A program made the translations under genes and the position numbers. From contig OZ059897.1 in NCBI GenBank assembly GCA_964057225.1, forward strand, positions 2,480,001 through 2,544,000: 64,000 nucleotides of DNA, written 5' to 3'. Under the pieces are notes generated by a model. It searched no databases and was not told the origin of the DNA. It was given only the letters and a program-made list of their open reading frames with translations. The DNA comes from Auanema rhodensis. Lineage: Eukaryota; Animalia; Nematoda. Below, piece by piece: positions 25,901 through 39,700 of the stretch (its first letter is position 1; the number at the start of each line of letters is the position of its first letter).

Positions 25901-28739
25901 TTTGCGCTAGCTTAAAAATGCACCGAGTAATCAACTGATATAGGTTCACACTTATATCCTCGATTTTCACCCTGAAGAATTAATTTTTTCGTTGAATAAC
26001 ATTGTCCATCGTCTTTGCCTTGAAAAAAGAAATCTAAAAACTCCTACTTTTTGTGAAATTATTTAGAAATTTTTCGGGAAAATTTTTGTCAAAATGTTTT
26101 TGGAAGCAATGTTGAGTGTACATGGGAACTCAACATACACTAATGCATTATTTTTCAAACGATCATAACTAATTTTTGTATAGAGCGTTTCTCAATGTAG
26201 TATAGTGCATTCGATGCGGATTTTTAAGCTGCGTTGATCTGTGTTATCAGATTTGAGTTAGCTTAAAAATGCACCGAGATATCAACTGATATATGTTCAC
26301 ACTTATATCCTCGATTTTCACCCTGAAGAAATGATTTTTTTGTTGAATAACATTGTCCATCATCTTCGTCTTGAAAAAAGGAATCTAAAAACATCTACTT
26401 TTTGTGAAATTATTTAGAAATTTTTCGGGAAAATTTTTGTCAAAATGTTTTTGGAAGCAATGTTGAGTGTACATGGGAACTCAACATACACTAATGCATT
26501 ATTTTTCAAACGATCATAACTAATTTTTGTATGGAGCGTTTCTCAATGTAGTATAGTGCATTCGATGCGAATTTTTAAGCTGCGTTGATCTGTGTTATCA
26601 GATTTGCGCTAGCTTAAAAATGCACCGAGTAATCAACTGATATAGGTTCACACTTATATCCTCGATTTTCACCCTGAAGAATTAATTTTTTCGTTGAATA
26701 ACATTGTCCATCGTCTTTGCCTTGAAAAAAGAAATCTAAAAACTCCTACTTTTTGTGAAATTATTTAGAAATTTTTCGGGAAAATTTTTGTCACAATGTT
26801 TTTGGAAGCAATGTTGAGTGTACATGGGAACTCAACATACACTAATGCATTATTTTTCAAACGATCATAACTAATTTTTGTATGGAGCGTTTCTCAATGT
26901 AGTATAGTGCATTCGATGCAGATTTTTAAGCTGCGTTGATCTGTGTTATCAGATTTGAGTTAACTTAAAAATGCACCGAGATATCAACTGATATATGTTC
27001 ACACTTATATCCTCGATTTTCACCCTGAAGAATTAATTTTTTCGTTGAATAACATTGTCCATCGTCTTTGCCTTGAAAAAAGGAATCTAAAAACATCTAC
27101 TTTTTGTGAAATTATTTAGAAATTTTTCGGGAAAATTTTTGTCAAAATGTTTTTGGAAGCAATGTTGAGTGTACATGGGAACTCAACATACACTAATGCA
27201 TTATTTTTCAAACGATCATAACTAATTTTTGTATAGAGCGTTTCTTAATGTAGTATAGTGCATTCGATGCGGATTTTTAAGCTGCGTTGATCTGTGTTAT
27301 CAGATTTGAGTTAGCTTAAAAATGCACCGAGATATCAACTGATATATGTTCACACTTATATCCTCGATTTTCACCCTGAAGAATTAATTTTTTTGTTGAA
27401 TAACATTGTCCATCATCTTCGTCTTGAAAAAAGGAATCTAAAAACATCTACTTTTTGTGAAATTATTTAGAAATTTTTCGGGAAAATTTTTGTCAAAATG
27501 TTTTTGGAAGCAATGTTGAGTGTACATGGGAACTCAACATACACTAATGCATTATTTTTCAAACGATCATAACTAATTTTTGTATGGAGCGTTTCTCAAT
27601 GTAGTATAGTGCATTCGATGCAGATTTTTAAGCTGCGTTGATCTGTGTTATCATATTTGAGTTAACTTAAAAATGCACCGAGATATCAACTGATATAGGT
27701 TCACACTTGTATCCTCGATTTTCACCCTGAAGAATTAATTTTTTCGTTGAATAACATTGTCCATCGTCTTTGCCTTGAAAAAAGAAATCTAAAAACTCCT
27801 ACTTTTTGTGAAATTATTTGGAAATTTTTCGGGAAAATTTTTGTCACAATGTTTTTGGAAGCAATGTTGAGTGTACATGGGAACTCAACATACACTAATG
27901 CATTATTTTTCAAACGATCATAACTAATTTTTGTATAGAGCGTTTCTCAATGTAGTATAGTGCATTCGATGCGGATTTTTAAGCTGCGTTGATCTGTGTT
28001 ATCAGATTTGAGTTAGCTTAAAAATGCACCGAGATATCAACTGATATAGGTTCACACTTGTATCCTCGATTTTCACCCTGAAGAAATGATTTTTTCGTTG
28101 AAAAACATTGTCCATCGTATTCGTCTTGAAAAAAGGAATCTAAAAACATCTACTTTTCGTGAAATTATTTAGAAATTTTTCGGGAAAATTTTTGTCAAAA
28201 TGTTTTTGGAAGCAATGTTGAGTGTACATGGGAACTCAACATACACTAATGCATTATTTTTCAAACGATCATAACTAATTTTTGTATGGAGCGTTTCTCA
28301 ATGTAGTATAGTGCATTCGATGCGAATTTTTAAGCTGCGTTGATCTGTGTTATCAGATTTGCGCTAGCTTAAAAATGCACCGAGTAATCAACTGATATAG
28401 GTTCACACTTGTATCCTCGATTTTCACCCTGAAGAAATGATTTTTTCGTTGAAAAACATTGTCCATCGTATTCGTCTTGAAAAAAGGAATCTAAAAACAT
28501 CTACTTTTCGTGAAATTATTTAGAAATTTTTCGGGAAAATTTTTGTCAAAATGTTTTTGGAAGCAATGTTGAGTGTACATGGGAACTCAACATACACTAA
28601 TGCATTATTTTTCAAACGATCATAACTAATTTTTGTATGGAGCGTTTCTCAATGTAGTATAGTGCATTCGATGCGAATTTTTAAGCTGCGTTGATCTGTG
28701 TTATCAGATTTGCGCTAGCTTAAAAATGCACTGAGTAAT

Positions 28740-31700
28740 CAACTGATATAGGTTCACACTTATATCCTCGATTTTCACCCTGAAGAATTAATTTTTTCGT
28801 TGAATAACATTGTCCATCGTCTTTGCCTTGAAAAAAGGAATCTAAAAACATCTACTTTTTGTGAAATTATTTAGAAATTTTTCGGGAAAATTTTTGTCAA
28901 AATGTTTTTGGAAGCAATGTTGAGTGTACATGGGAACTCAACATACACTAATGCATTATTTTTCAAACGATCATAACTAATTTTTGTATGGAGCGTTTCT
29001 CAATGTAGTATAGTGCATTCGATGCGGATTTTTAAGCTGCGTTGATCTGTGTTATCAGATTTGAGTTAGCTTAAAAATGCACCGAGATATCAACTGATAT
29101 AGGTTCACACTTGTATCCTCGATTTTCACCCTGAAGAAATGATTTTTTCGTTGAAAAACATTGTCCATCGTCTTCGTCTTGAAAAAAGGAATCTAAAAAC
29201 ATCTACTTTTTGTGAAATTATTTAGAAATTTTTCGGGAAAATTTTTGTCAAAATGTTTTTGGAAGCAATGTTGAGTGTACATGGGAACTCAACATACACT
29301 AATGCATTATTTTTCAAACGATCATAACTAATTTTTGTATGGAGCGTTTCTCAATGTAGTATAGTGCATTCGATGCAGATTTTTAAGCTGCGTTGATCTG
29401 TGTTATCAGATTTGAGTTAACTTAAAAATGCACCGAGATATCAACTGATATATGTTCACACTTATATCCTCGATTTTCACCCTGAAGAATTAATTTTTTC
29501 GTTGAATAACATTGTCCATCGTCTTTGCCTTGAAAAAAGAAATCTAAAAACTCCTACTTTTTGTGAAATTATTTAGAAATTTTTCGGGAAAATTTTTGTC
29601 AAAATGTTTTTGGAAGCAATGTTGAGTGTACATGGGAACTCAACATACACTAATGCATTATTTTTCAAACGATCATAACTAATTTTTGTATAGAGCGTTT
29701 CTCAATGTAGTATAGTGCATTCGATGCGGATTTTTAAGCTGCGTTGATCTGTGTTATCAGATTTGAGTTAACTTAAAAATGCACCGAGATATCAACTGAT
29801 ATATGTTCACACTTATATCCTCGATTTTCACCCTGAAGAAATGATTTTTTCGTTGAAAAACATTGTCCATCGTATTCGTCTTGAAAAAAGGAATCTAAAA
29901 ACATCTACTTTTTGTGAAATTATTTAGAAATTTTTCGGGAAAATTTTTGTCAAAATGTTTTTGGAAGCAATGTTGAGTGTACATGGGAACTCAACATACA
30001 CTAATGCATTATTTTTCAAACGATCATAACTAATTTTTGTATAGAGCGTTTCTCATTGTAGTATAGTGCATTCGATGCGGATTTTCAAGCTGCGTTGATC
30101 TGTGTTATCAGATTTGAGTTAACTTAAAAATGCACCGAGATATCAACTGATATAGGTTCACACTTGTATCCTCGATTTTCACCCTGAAGAAATGATTTTT
30201 TCGTTAAAAAACATTGTTCATCGTCTTCGTCTTGAAAAAGGGAATCTAAAAACATCTACTTTTTGTGAAATTATTCAGAAATTTTTCGGGAAAATTTTTG
30301 TCAAAATGTTTTTGGAAGCAATGTTGAGTGTACATGGGAACTCAACATACACTAATGCATTATTTTTCAAACGATCATAACTAATTTTTGTATGGAGCGT
30401 TTCTCAATGTAGTATAGTGCATTCGATGCAGATTTTTAAGCTGCGTTGATCTGTGTTATCAGATTTGCGCTAGCTTAAAAATGCACCGAGTAATCAACTG
30501 ATATAGGTTCACACTTATATCCTCGATTTTCACCCTGAAGAATTAATTTTTTCGTTGAATAACATTGTCCATCGTCTTTGCCTTGAAAAAAGGAATCTAA
30601 AAACATCTACTTTTTGTGAAATTATTTAGAAATTTTTCGGGAAAATTTTTGTCAAAATGTTTTTGGAAGCAATGTTGAGTGTACATGGGAACTCAACATA
30701 CACTAATGCATTATTTTTCAAACGATCATAACTAATTTTTGTATGGAGCGTTTCTCAATGTAGTATAGTGCATTCGATGCGGATTTTTAAGCTGCGTTGA
30801 TCTGTGTTATCAGATTTGAGTTAGCTTAAAAATGCACCGAGATATCAACTGATATAGGTTCACACTTGTATCCTCGATTTTCACCCTGAAGAAATGATTT
30901 TTTCGTTGAAAAACATTGTCCATCGTCTTCGTCTTGAAAAAAGGAATCTAAAAACATCTACTTTTTGTGAAATTATTTAGAAATTTTTCGGGAAAATTTT
31001 TGTCAAAATGTTTTTGGAAGCAATGTTGAGTGTACATGGGAACTCAACATACACTAATGCATTATTTTTCAAACGATCATAACTAATTTTTGTATGGAGC
31101 GTTTCTCAATGTAGTATAGTGCATTCGATGCAGATTTTTAAGCTGCGTTGATCTGTGTTATCAGATTTGAGTTAACTTAAAAATGCACCGAGATATCAAC
31201 TGATATATGTTCACACTTATATCCTCGATTTTCACCCTGAAGAATTAATTTTTTCGTTGAATAACATTGTCCATCGTCTTTGCCTTGAAAAAAGAAATCT
31301 AAAAACTCCTACTTTTTGTGAAATTATTTAGAAATTTTTCGGGAAAATTTTTGTCAAAATGTTTTTGGAAGCAATGTTGAGTGTACATGGGAACTCAACA
31401 TACACTAATGCATTATTTTTCAAACGATCATAACTAATTTTTGTATAGAGCGTTTCTCAATGTAGTATAGTGCATTCGATGCGGATTTTTAAGCTGCGTT
31501 GATCTGTGTTATCAGATTTGAGTTAACTTAAAAATGCACCGAGATATCAACTGATATATGTTCACACTTATATCCTCGATTTTCACCCTGAAGAAATGAT
31601 TTTTTCGTTGAAAAACATTGTCCATCGTATTCGTCTTGAAAAAAGGAATCTAAAAACATCTACTTTTTGTGAAATTATTTAGAAATTTTTCGGGAAAATT

Positions 31701-32340
31701 TTTGTCAAAATGTTTTTGGAAGCAATGTTGAGTGTACATGGGAACTCAACATACACTAATGCATTATTTTTCAAACGATCATAACTAATTTTTGTATAGA
31801 GCGTTTCTCATTGTAGTATAGTGCATTCGATGCGGATTTTCAAGCTGCGTTGATCTGTGTTATCAGATTTGAGTTAACTTAAAAATGCACCGAGATATCA
31901 ACTGATATAGGTTCACACTTGTATCCTCGATTTTCACCCTGAAGAAATGATTTTTTCGTTAAAAAACATTGTTCATCGTCTTCGTCTTGAAAAAGGGAAT
32001 CTAAAAACATCTACTTTTTGTGAAATTATTCAGAAATTTTTCGGGAAAATTTTTGTCAAAATGTTTTTGGAAGCAATGTTGAGTGTACATGGGAACTCAA
32101 CATACACTAATGCATTATTTTTCAAACGATCATAACTAATTTTTGTATGGAGCGTTTCTCAATGTAGTATAGTGCATTCGATGCAGATTTTTAAGCTGCG
32201 TTGATCTGTGTTATCAGATTTGCGCTAGCTTAAAAATGCACCGAGTAATCAACTGATATAGGTTCACACTTATATCCTCGATTTTCACCCTGAAGAATTA
32301 ATTTTTTCGTTGAATAACATTGTCCATCGTCTTTGCCTTG
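28740..32340. repeat. 5-monomer (1755-bp) tandem duplication
   Basis: Monomers at 28778, 29129, 29480, 29831 and 30182 match those at 30533, 30884, 31235, 31586 and 31937 at every variant site I checked. Confidence 0.88.
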
Positions 32341-35300
32341 AAAAAAGAAATCTAAAAACTCCTACTTTTTGTGAAATTATTTAGAAATTTTTCGGGAAAA
32401 TTTTTGTCAAAATGTTTTTGGAAGCAATGTTGAGTGTACATGGGAACTCAACATACACTAATGCATTATTTTTCAAACGATCATAACTAATTTTTGTATA
32501 GAGCGTTTCTCAATGTAGTATAGTGCATTCGATGCGGATTTTTAAGCTGCGTTGATCTGTGTTATCAGATTTGAGTTAGCTTAAAAATGCACCGAGATAT
32601 CAACTGATATATGTTCACACTTATATCCTCGATTTTCACCCTGAAGAAATGATTTTTTTGTTGAATAACATTGTCCATCATCTTCGTCTTGAAAAAAGGA
32701 ATCTAAAAACATCTACTTTTTGTGAAATTATTTAGAAATTTTTCGGGAAAATTTTTGTCAAAATGTTTTTGGAAGCAATGTTGAGTGTACATGGGAACTC
32801 AACATACACTAATGCATTATTTTTCAAACGATCATAACTAATTTTTGTATGGAGCGTTTCTCAATGTAGTATAGTGCATTCGATGCAAATTTTTAAGCTG
32901 CGTTGATCTGTGTTATCAGATTTGCGCTAGCTTAAAAATGCACCGAGTAATCAACTGATATAGGTTCACACTTATATCCTCGATTTTCACCCTGAAGAAT
33001 TAATTTTTTCGTTGAATAACATTGTCCATCGTCTTTGCCTTGAAAAAAGAAATCTAAAAACTCCTACTTTTTGTGAAATTATTTAGAAATTTTTCGGGAA
33101 AATTTTTGTCACAATGTTTTTGGAAGCAATGTTGAGTGTACATGGGAACTCAACATACACTAATGCATTATTTTTCAAACGATCATAACTAATTTTTGTA
33201 TGGAGCGTTTCTCAATGTAGTATAGTGCATTCGATGCAGATTTTTAAGCTGCGTTGATCTGTGTTATCAGATTTGAGTTAACTTAAAAATGCACCGAGAT
33301 ATCAACTGATATATGTTCACACTTATATCCTCGATTTTCACCCTGAAGAATTAATTTTTTCGTTGAATAACATTGTCCATCGTCTTTGCCTTGAAAAAAG
33401 GAATCTAAAAACATCTACTTTTTGTGAAATTATTTAGAAATTTTTCGGGAAAATTTTTGTCAAAATGTTTTTGGAAGCAATGTTGAGTGTACATGGGAAC
33501 TCAACATACACTAATGCATTATTTTTCAAACGATCATAACTAATTTTTGTATAGAGCGTTTCTTAATGTAGTATAGTGCATTCGATGCGGATTTTTAAGC
33601 TGCGTTGATCTGTGTTATCAGATTTGAGTTAACTTAAAAATGCACCGAGATATCAACTGATATATGTTCACACTTATATCCTCGATTTTCACCCTGAAGA
33701 ATTAATTTTTTCGTTGAATAACATTGTCCATCGTCTTTGCCTTGAAAAAAGGAATCTAAAAACATCTACTTTTTGTGAAATTATTTAGAAATTTTTCGGG
33801 AAAATTTTTGTCAAAATGTTTTTGGAAGCAATGTTGAGTGTACATGGGAACTCAACATACACTAATGCATTATTTTTCAAACGATCATAACTAATTTTTG
33901 TATAGAGCGTTTCTTAATGTAGTATAGTGCATTCGATGCGGATTTTTAAGCTGCGTTGATCTGTGTTATCAGATTTGAGTTAGCTTAAAAATGCACTGAG
34001 ATATCAACTGATATATGTTCACACTTATATCCTCGATTTTCACCCTGAAGAATTAATTTTTTTGTTGAATAACATTGTCCATCATCTTCGTCTTGAAAAA
34101 AGGAATCTAAAAACATCTACTTTTTGTGAAATTATTTAGAAATTTTTCGGGAAAATTTTTGTCAAAATGTTTTTGGAAGCAATGTTGAGTGTACATGGGA
34201 ACTCAACATACACTAATGCATTATTTTTCAAACGATCATAACTAATTTTTGTATGGAGCGTTTCTCAATGTAGTATAGTGCATTCGATGCAGATTTTTAA
34301 GCTGCGTTGATCTGTGTTATCAGATTTGAGTTAACTTAAAAATGCACCGAGATATCAACTGATATATGTTCACACTTATATCCTCGATTTTCACCCTGAA
34401 GAATTAATTTTTTCGTTGAATAACATTGTCCATCGTCTTTGCCTTGAAAAAAGAAATCTAAAAACTCCTACTTTTTGTGAAATTATTTAGAAATTTTTCG
34501 GGAAAATTTTTGTCAAAATGTTTTTGGAAGCAATGTTGAGTGTACATGGGAACTCAACATACACTAATGCATTATTTTTCAAACGATCATAACTAATTTT
34601 TGTATAGAGCGTTTCTCAATGTAGTATAGTGCATTCGATGCGGATTTTTAAGCTGCGTTGATCTGTGTTATCAGATTTGAGTTAACTTAAAAATGCACCG
34701 AGATATCAACTGATATATGTTCACACTTATATCCTCGATTTTCACCCTGAAGAAATTATTTTTTCGTTGAAAAACATTGTCCATCGTATTCGTCTTGAAA
34801 AAAGGAATCTAAAAACATCTACTTTTTGTGAAATTATTTAGAAATTTTTCGGGAAAATTTTTGTCAAAATGTTTTTGGAAGCAATGTTGAGTGTACATGG
34901 GAACTCAACATACACTAATGCATTATTTTTCAAACGATCATAACTAATTTTTGTATAGAGCGTTTCTCATTGTAGTATAGTGCATTCGATGCGGATTTTC
35001 AAGCTGCGTTGATCTGTGTTATCAGATTTGAGTTAACTTAAAAATGCACCGAGATATCAACTGATATAGGTTCACACTTGTATCCTCGATTTTCACCCTG
35101 AAGAAATGATTTTTTCGTTAAAAAACATTGTCCATCGTCTTCGTCTTGAAAAAAGGAATCTAAAAACATCTACTTTTTGTGAAATTATTCAGAAATTTTT
35201 CGGGAAAATTTTTGTCAAAATGTTTTTGGAAGCAATGTTGAGTGTACATGGGAACTCAACATACACTAATGCATTATTTTTCAAACGATCATAACTAATT

Positions 35301-35649
35301 TTTGTATGGAGCGTTTCTCAATGTAGTATAGTGCATTCGATGCAGATTTTTAAGCTGCGTTGATCTGTGTTATCAGATTTGCGCTAGCTTAAAAATGCAC
35401 CGAGTAATCAACTGATATAGGTTCACACTTATATCCTCGATTTTCACCCTGAAGAATTAATTTTTTCGTTGAATAACATTGTCCATCGTCTTTGCCTTGA
35501 AAAAAGAAATCTAAAAACTCCTACTTTTTGTGAAATTATTTAGAAATTTTTCGGGAAAATTTTTGTCAAAATGTTTTTGGAAGCAATGTTGAGTGTACAT
35601 GGGAACTCAACATACACTAATGCATTATTTTTCAAACGATCATAACTAA

Positions 35650-38600
35650 TTTTTGTATAGAGCGTTTCTCAATGTAGTATAGTGCATTCGATGCGGATTT
35701 TTAAGCTGCGTTGATCTGTGTTATCAGATTTGAGTTAGCTTAAAAATGCACCGAGATATCAACTGATATATGTTCACACTTATATCCTCGATTTTCACCC
35801 TGAAGAAATGATTTTTTTGTTGAATAACATTGTCCATCATCTTCGTCTTGAAAAAAGGAATCTAAAAACATCTACTTTTTGTGAAATTATTTAGAAATTT
35901 TTCGGGAAAATTTTTGTCAAAATGTTTTTGGAAGCAATGTTGAGTGTACATGGGAACTCAACATACACTAATGCATTATTTTTCAAACGATCATAACTAA
36001 TTTTTGTATGGAGCGTTTCTCAATGTAGTATAGTGCATTCGATGCGAATTTTTAAGCTGCGTTGATCTGTGTTATCAGATTTGCGCTAGCTTAAAAATGC
36101 ACCGAGTAATCAACTGATATAGGTTCACACTTATATCCTCGATTTTCACCCTGAAGAATTAATTTTTTCGTTGAATAACATTGTCCATCGTCTTTGCCTT
36201 GAAAAAAGAAATCTAAAAACTCCTACTTTTTGTGAAATTATTTAGAAATTTTTCGGGAAAATTTTTGTCACAATGTTTTTGGAAGCAATGTTGAGTGTAC
36301 ATGGGAACTCAACAAACACTAATGCATTATTTTTCAAACGATCATAACTAATTTTTGTATAGAGCGTTTCTTAATGTAGTATAGTGCATTCGATGCGGAT
36401 TTTTAAGCTGCGTTGATCTGTGTTATCAGATTTGAGTTAGCTTAAAAATGCACCGAGATATCAACTGATATATGTTCACACTTATATCCTCGATTTTCAC
36501 CCTGAAGAATTAATTTTTTCGTTGAATAACATTGTCCATCGTCTTTGCCTTGAAAAAAGAAATCTAAAAACTCCTACTTTTTGTGAAATTATTTAGAAAT
36601 TTTTCGGGAAAATTTTTGTCAAAATGTTTTTGGAAGCAATGTTGAGTGTACATGGGAACTCAACATACACTAATGCATTATTTTTCAAACGATCATAACT
36701 AATTTTTGTATAAAGCGTTTCTTAATGTAGTATAGTGCATTCGATGCGGATTTTTAAGCTGCGTCGATCTGTGTTATCAGATTTGAGTTAACTTAAAAAT
36801 GCACCGAGATATCAACTGATATAGGTTCACACTTGTATCCTCGATTTTCACCCTGAAGAAATGATTTTTTCGTTGAAAAACATTGTCCATCGTCTTCGTC
36901 TTGAAATAAGGAATCTAAAAACATCTACTTTTTGTGAAATTATTTAGAAATTTTTCGGGAAAATTTTTGTCAAAATGTTTTTGGAAGCAATGTTGAGTGT
37001 ACATGGGAACTCAACATACACTAATGCATTATTTTTCGAACGATCATAACTAATTTTTGTATGGAGCGTTTCTCAATGTAGTATAGTGCATTCGATGCAG
37101 ATTTTCAAGCTGCGTTGATCTGTGTTATCAGATTTGCGCTAGCTTAAAAATGCACCGAGATATCAACTGATATATGTTCACACTTATATCCTCGATTTTC
37201 ACCCTGAAGAAATGATTTTTTCGTTGAATAACATTGTCCATCATCTTCGTCTTGAAAAAAGGAATCTAAAAACATCTACTTTTTGTGAAATTATTTAGAA
37301 ATTTTTCGGGAAAATTTTTGTCAAAATGTTTTTGGAAGCAATGTTGAGTGTACATGGGAACTCAACATACACTAATGCATTATTTTTCAAACGATCATAA
37401 CTAATTTTTGTATGGAGCGTTTCTCAATGTAGTATAGTGCATTCGATGTGAATTTTTAAGCTGCGTTGATCTGTGTTATCAGATTTGCGCTAGCTTAAAA
37501 ATGCACCGAGTAATCAACTGATATAGGTTCACACTTATATCCTCGATTTTCACCCTGAAGAATTAATTTTTTCGTTGAATAACATTGTCCATCGTCTTCG
37601 TCTTGAAAAAAGGAATCTAAAAACATCTACTTTTTGTGAAATTATTTAGAAATTTTTCGGGAAAATTTTTGTCAAATTTTTTTTGGAAGCAATGTTGAGT
37701 GTACATGGGAACTCAACATACACTAATGCATTATTTTTCAAACGATCATAACTAATTTTTGTATAGAGCGTTTCTCAATGTAGTATAGTGCATTCGATGC
37801 GGATTTTTAAGCTGCGTTGATCTGTGTTATCAGATTTGAGTTAGCTTAAAAATGCACCGAGATATCAACTGATATATGTTCACACTTATATCCTCGATTT
37901 TCACCCTGAAGAAATGATTTTTTTGTTGAATAACATTGTCCATCATCTTCGTCTTGAAAAAAGGAATCTAAAAACATCTACTTTTTGTGAAATTATTTAG
38001 AAATTTTTCGGGAAAATTTTTGTCAAAATGTTTTTGGAAGCAATGTTGAGTGTACATGGGAACTCAACATACACTAATGCATTATTTTTCAAACGATCAT
38101 AACTAATTTTTGTATGGAGCGTTTCTCAATGTAGTATAGTGCATTCGATGCGAATTTTTAAGCTGCGTTGATCTGTGTTATCAGATTTGCGCTAGCTTAA
38201 AAATGCACCGAGTAATCAACTGATATAGGTTCACACTTATATCCTCGATTTTCACCCTGAAGAATTAATTTTTTCGTTGAATAACATTGTCCATCGTCTT
38301 TGCCTTGAAAAAAGAAATCTAAAAACTCCTACTTTTTGTGAAATTATTTAGAAATTTTTCGGGAAAATTTTTGTCACAATGTTTTTGGAAGCAATGTTGA
38401 GTGTACATGGGAACTCAACAAACACTAATGCATTATTTTTCAAACGATCATAACTAATTTTTGTATAGAGCGTTTCTTAATGTAGTATAGTGCATTCGAT
38501 GCGGATTTTTAAGCTGCGTTGATCTGTGTTATCAGATTTGAGTTAGCTTAAAAATGCACCGAGATATCAACTGATATATGTTCACACTTATATCCTCGAT

Positions 38601-39700
38601 TTTCACCCTGAAGAAATGATTTTTTCGTTGAATAACATTGTCCATCGTCTTCGTCTTGAAAAAAGGAATCTAAAAACATCTACTTTTTGTGAAATTATTC
38701 AGAAATTTTTCGGGAAAATTTTTGTCAAAATGTTTTTGGAAGCAATGTTGAGTGTACATGGGAACTCAACATACACTAATGCATTATTTTTCAAACGATC
38801 ATAACTAATTTTTGTATAAAGCGTTTCTTAATGTAGTATAGTGCATTCGATGCGGATTTTTAAGCTGCGTCGATCTGTGTTATCAGATTTGAGTTAACTT
38901 AAAAATGCACCGAGATATCAACTGATATAGGTTCACACTTGTATCCTCGATTTTCACCCTGAAGAAATGATTTTTTCGTTGAAAAACATTGTCCATCGTC
39001 TTCGTCTTGAAATAAGGAATCTAAAAACATCTACTTTTTGTGAAATTATTTAGAAATTTTTCGGGAAAATTTTTGTCAAAATGTTTTTGGAAGCAATGTT
39101 GAGTGTACATGGGAACTCAACATACACTAATGCATTATTTTTCAAACGATCATAACTAATTTTTGTATGGAGCGTTTCTCAATGTAGTATAGTGCATTCG
39201 ATGCAGATTTTCAAGCTGCGTTGATCTGTGTTATCAGATTTGCGCTAGCTTAAAAATGCACCGAGATATCAACTGATATATGTTCACACTTATATCCTCG
39301 ATTTTCACCCTGAAGAAATGATTTTTTCGTTGAATAACATTGTCCATCATCTTCGTCTTGAAAAAAGGAATCTAAAAACATCTACTTTTTGTGAAATTAT
39401 TTAGAAATTTTTCGGGAAAATTTTTGTCAAAATGTTTTTGGAAGCAATGTTGAGTGTACATGGGAACTCAACATACACTAATGCATTATTTTTCAAACGA
39501 TCATAACTAATTTTTGTATGGAGCGTTTCTCAATGTAGTATAGTGCATTCGATGTGAATTTTTAAGCTGCGTTGATCTGTGTTATCAGATTTGCGCTAGC
39601 TTAAAAATGCACCGAGTAATCAACTGATATAGGTTCACACTTATATCCTCGATTTTCACCCTGAAGAATTAATTTTTTCGTTGAATAACATTGTCCATCG
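35650..39700. repeat. 6-monomer (2106-bp) tandem duplication
   Basis: Rare markers are paired at +2106: AACAAACAC 36315/38421, TATAAAGC near 36712/38818, GCGTCGAT near 36765/38871, GAAATAAGG near 36907/39013, GATGTGAAT near 37449/39555. Confidence 0.9.
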
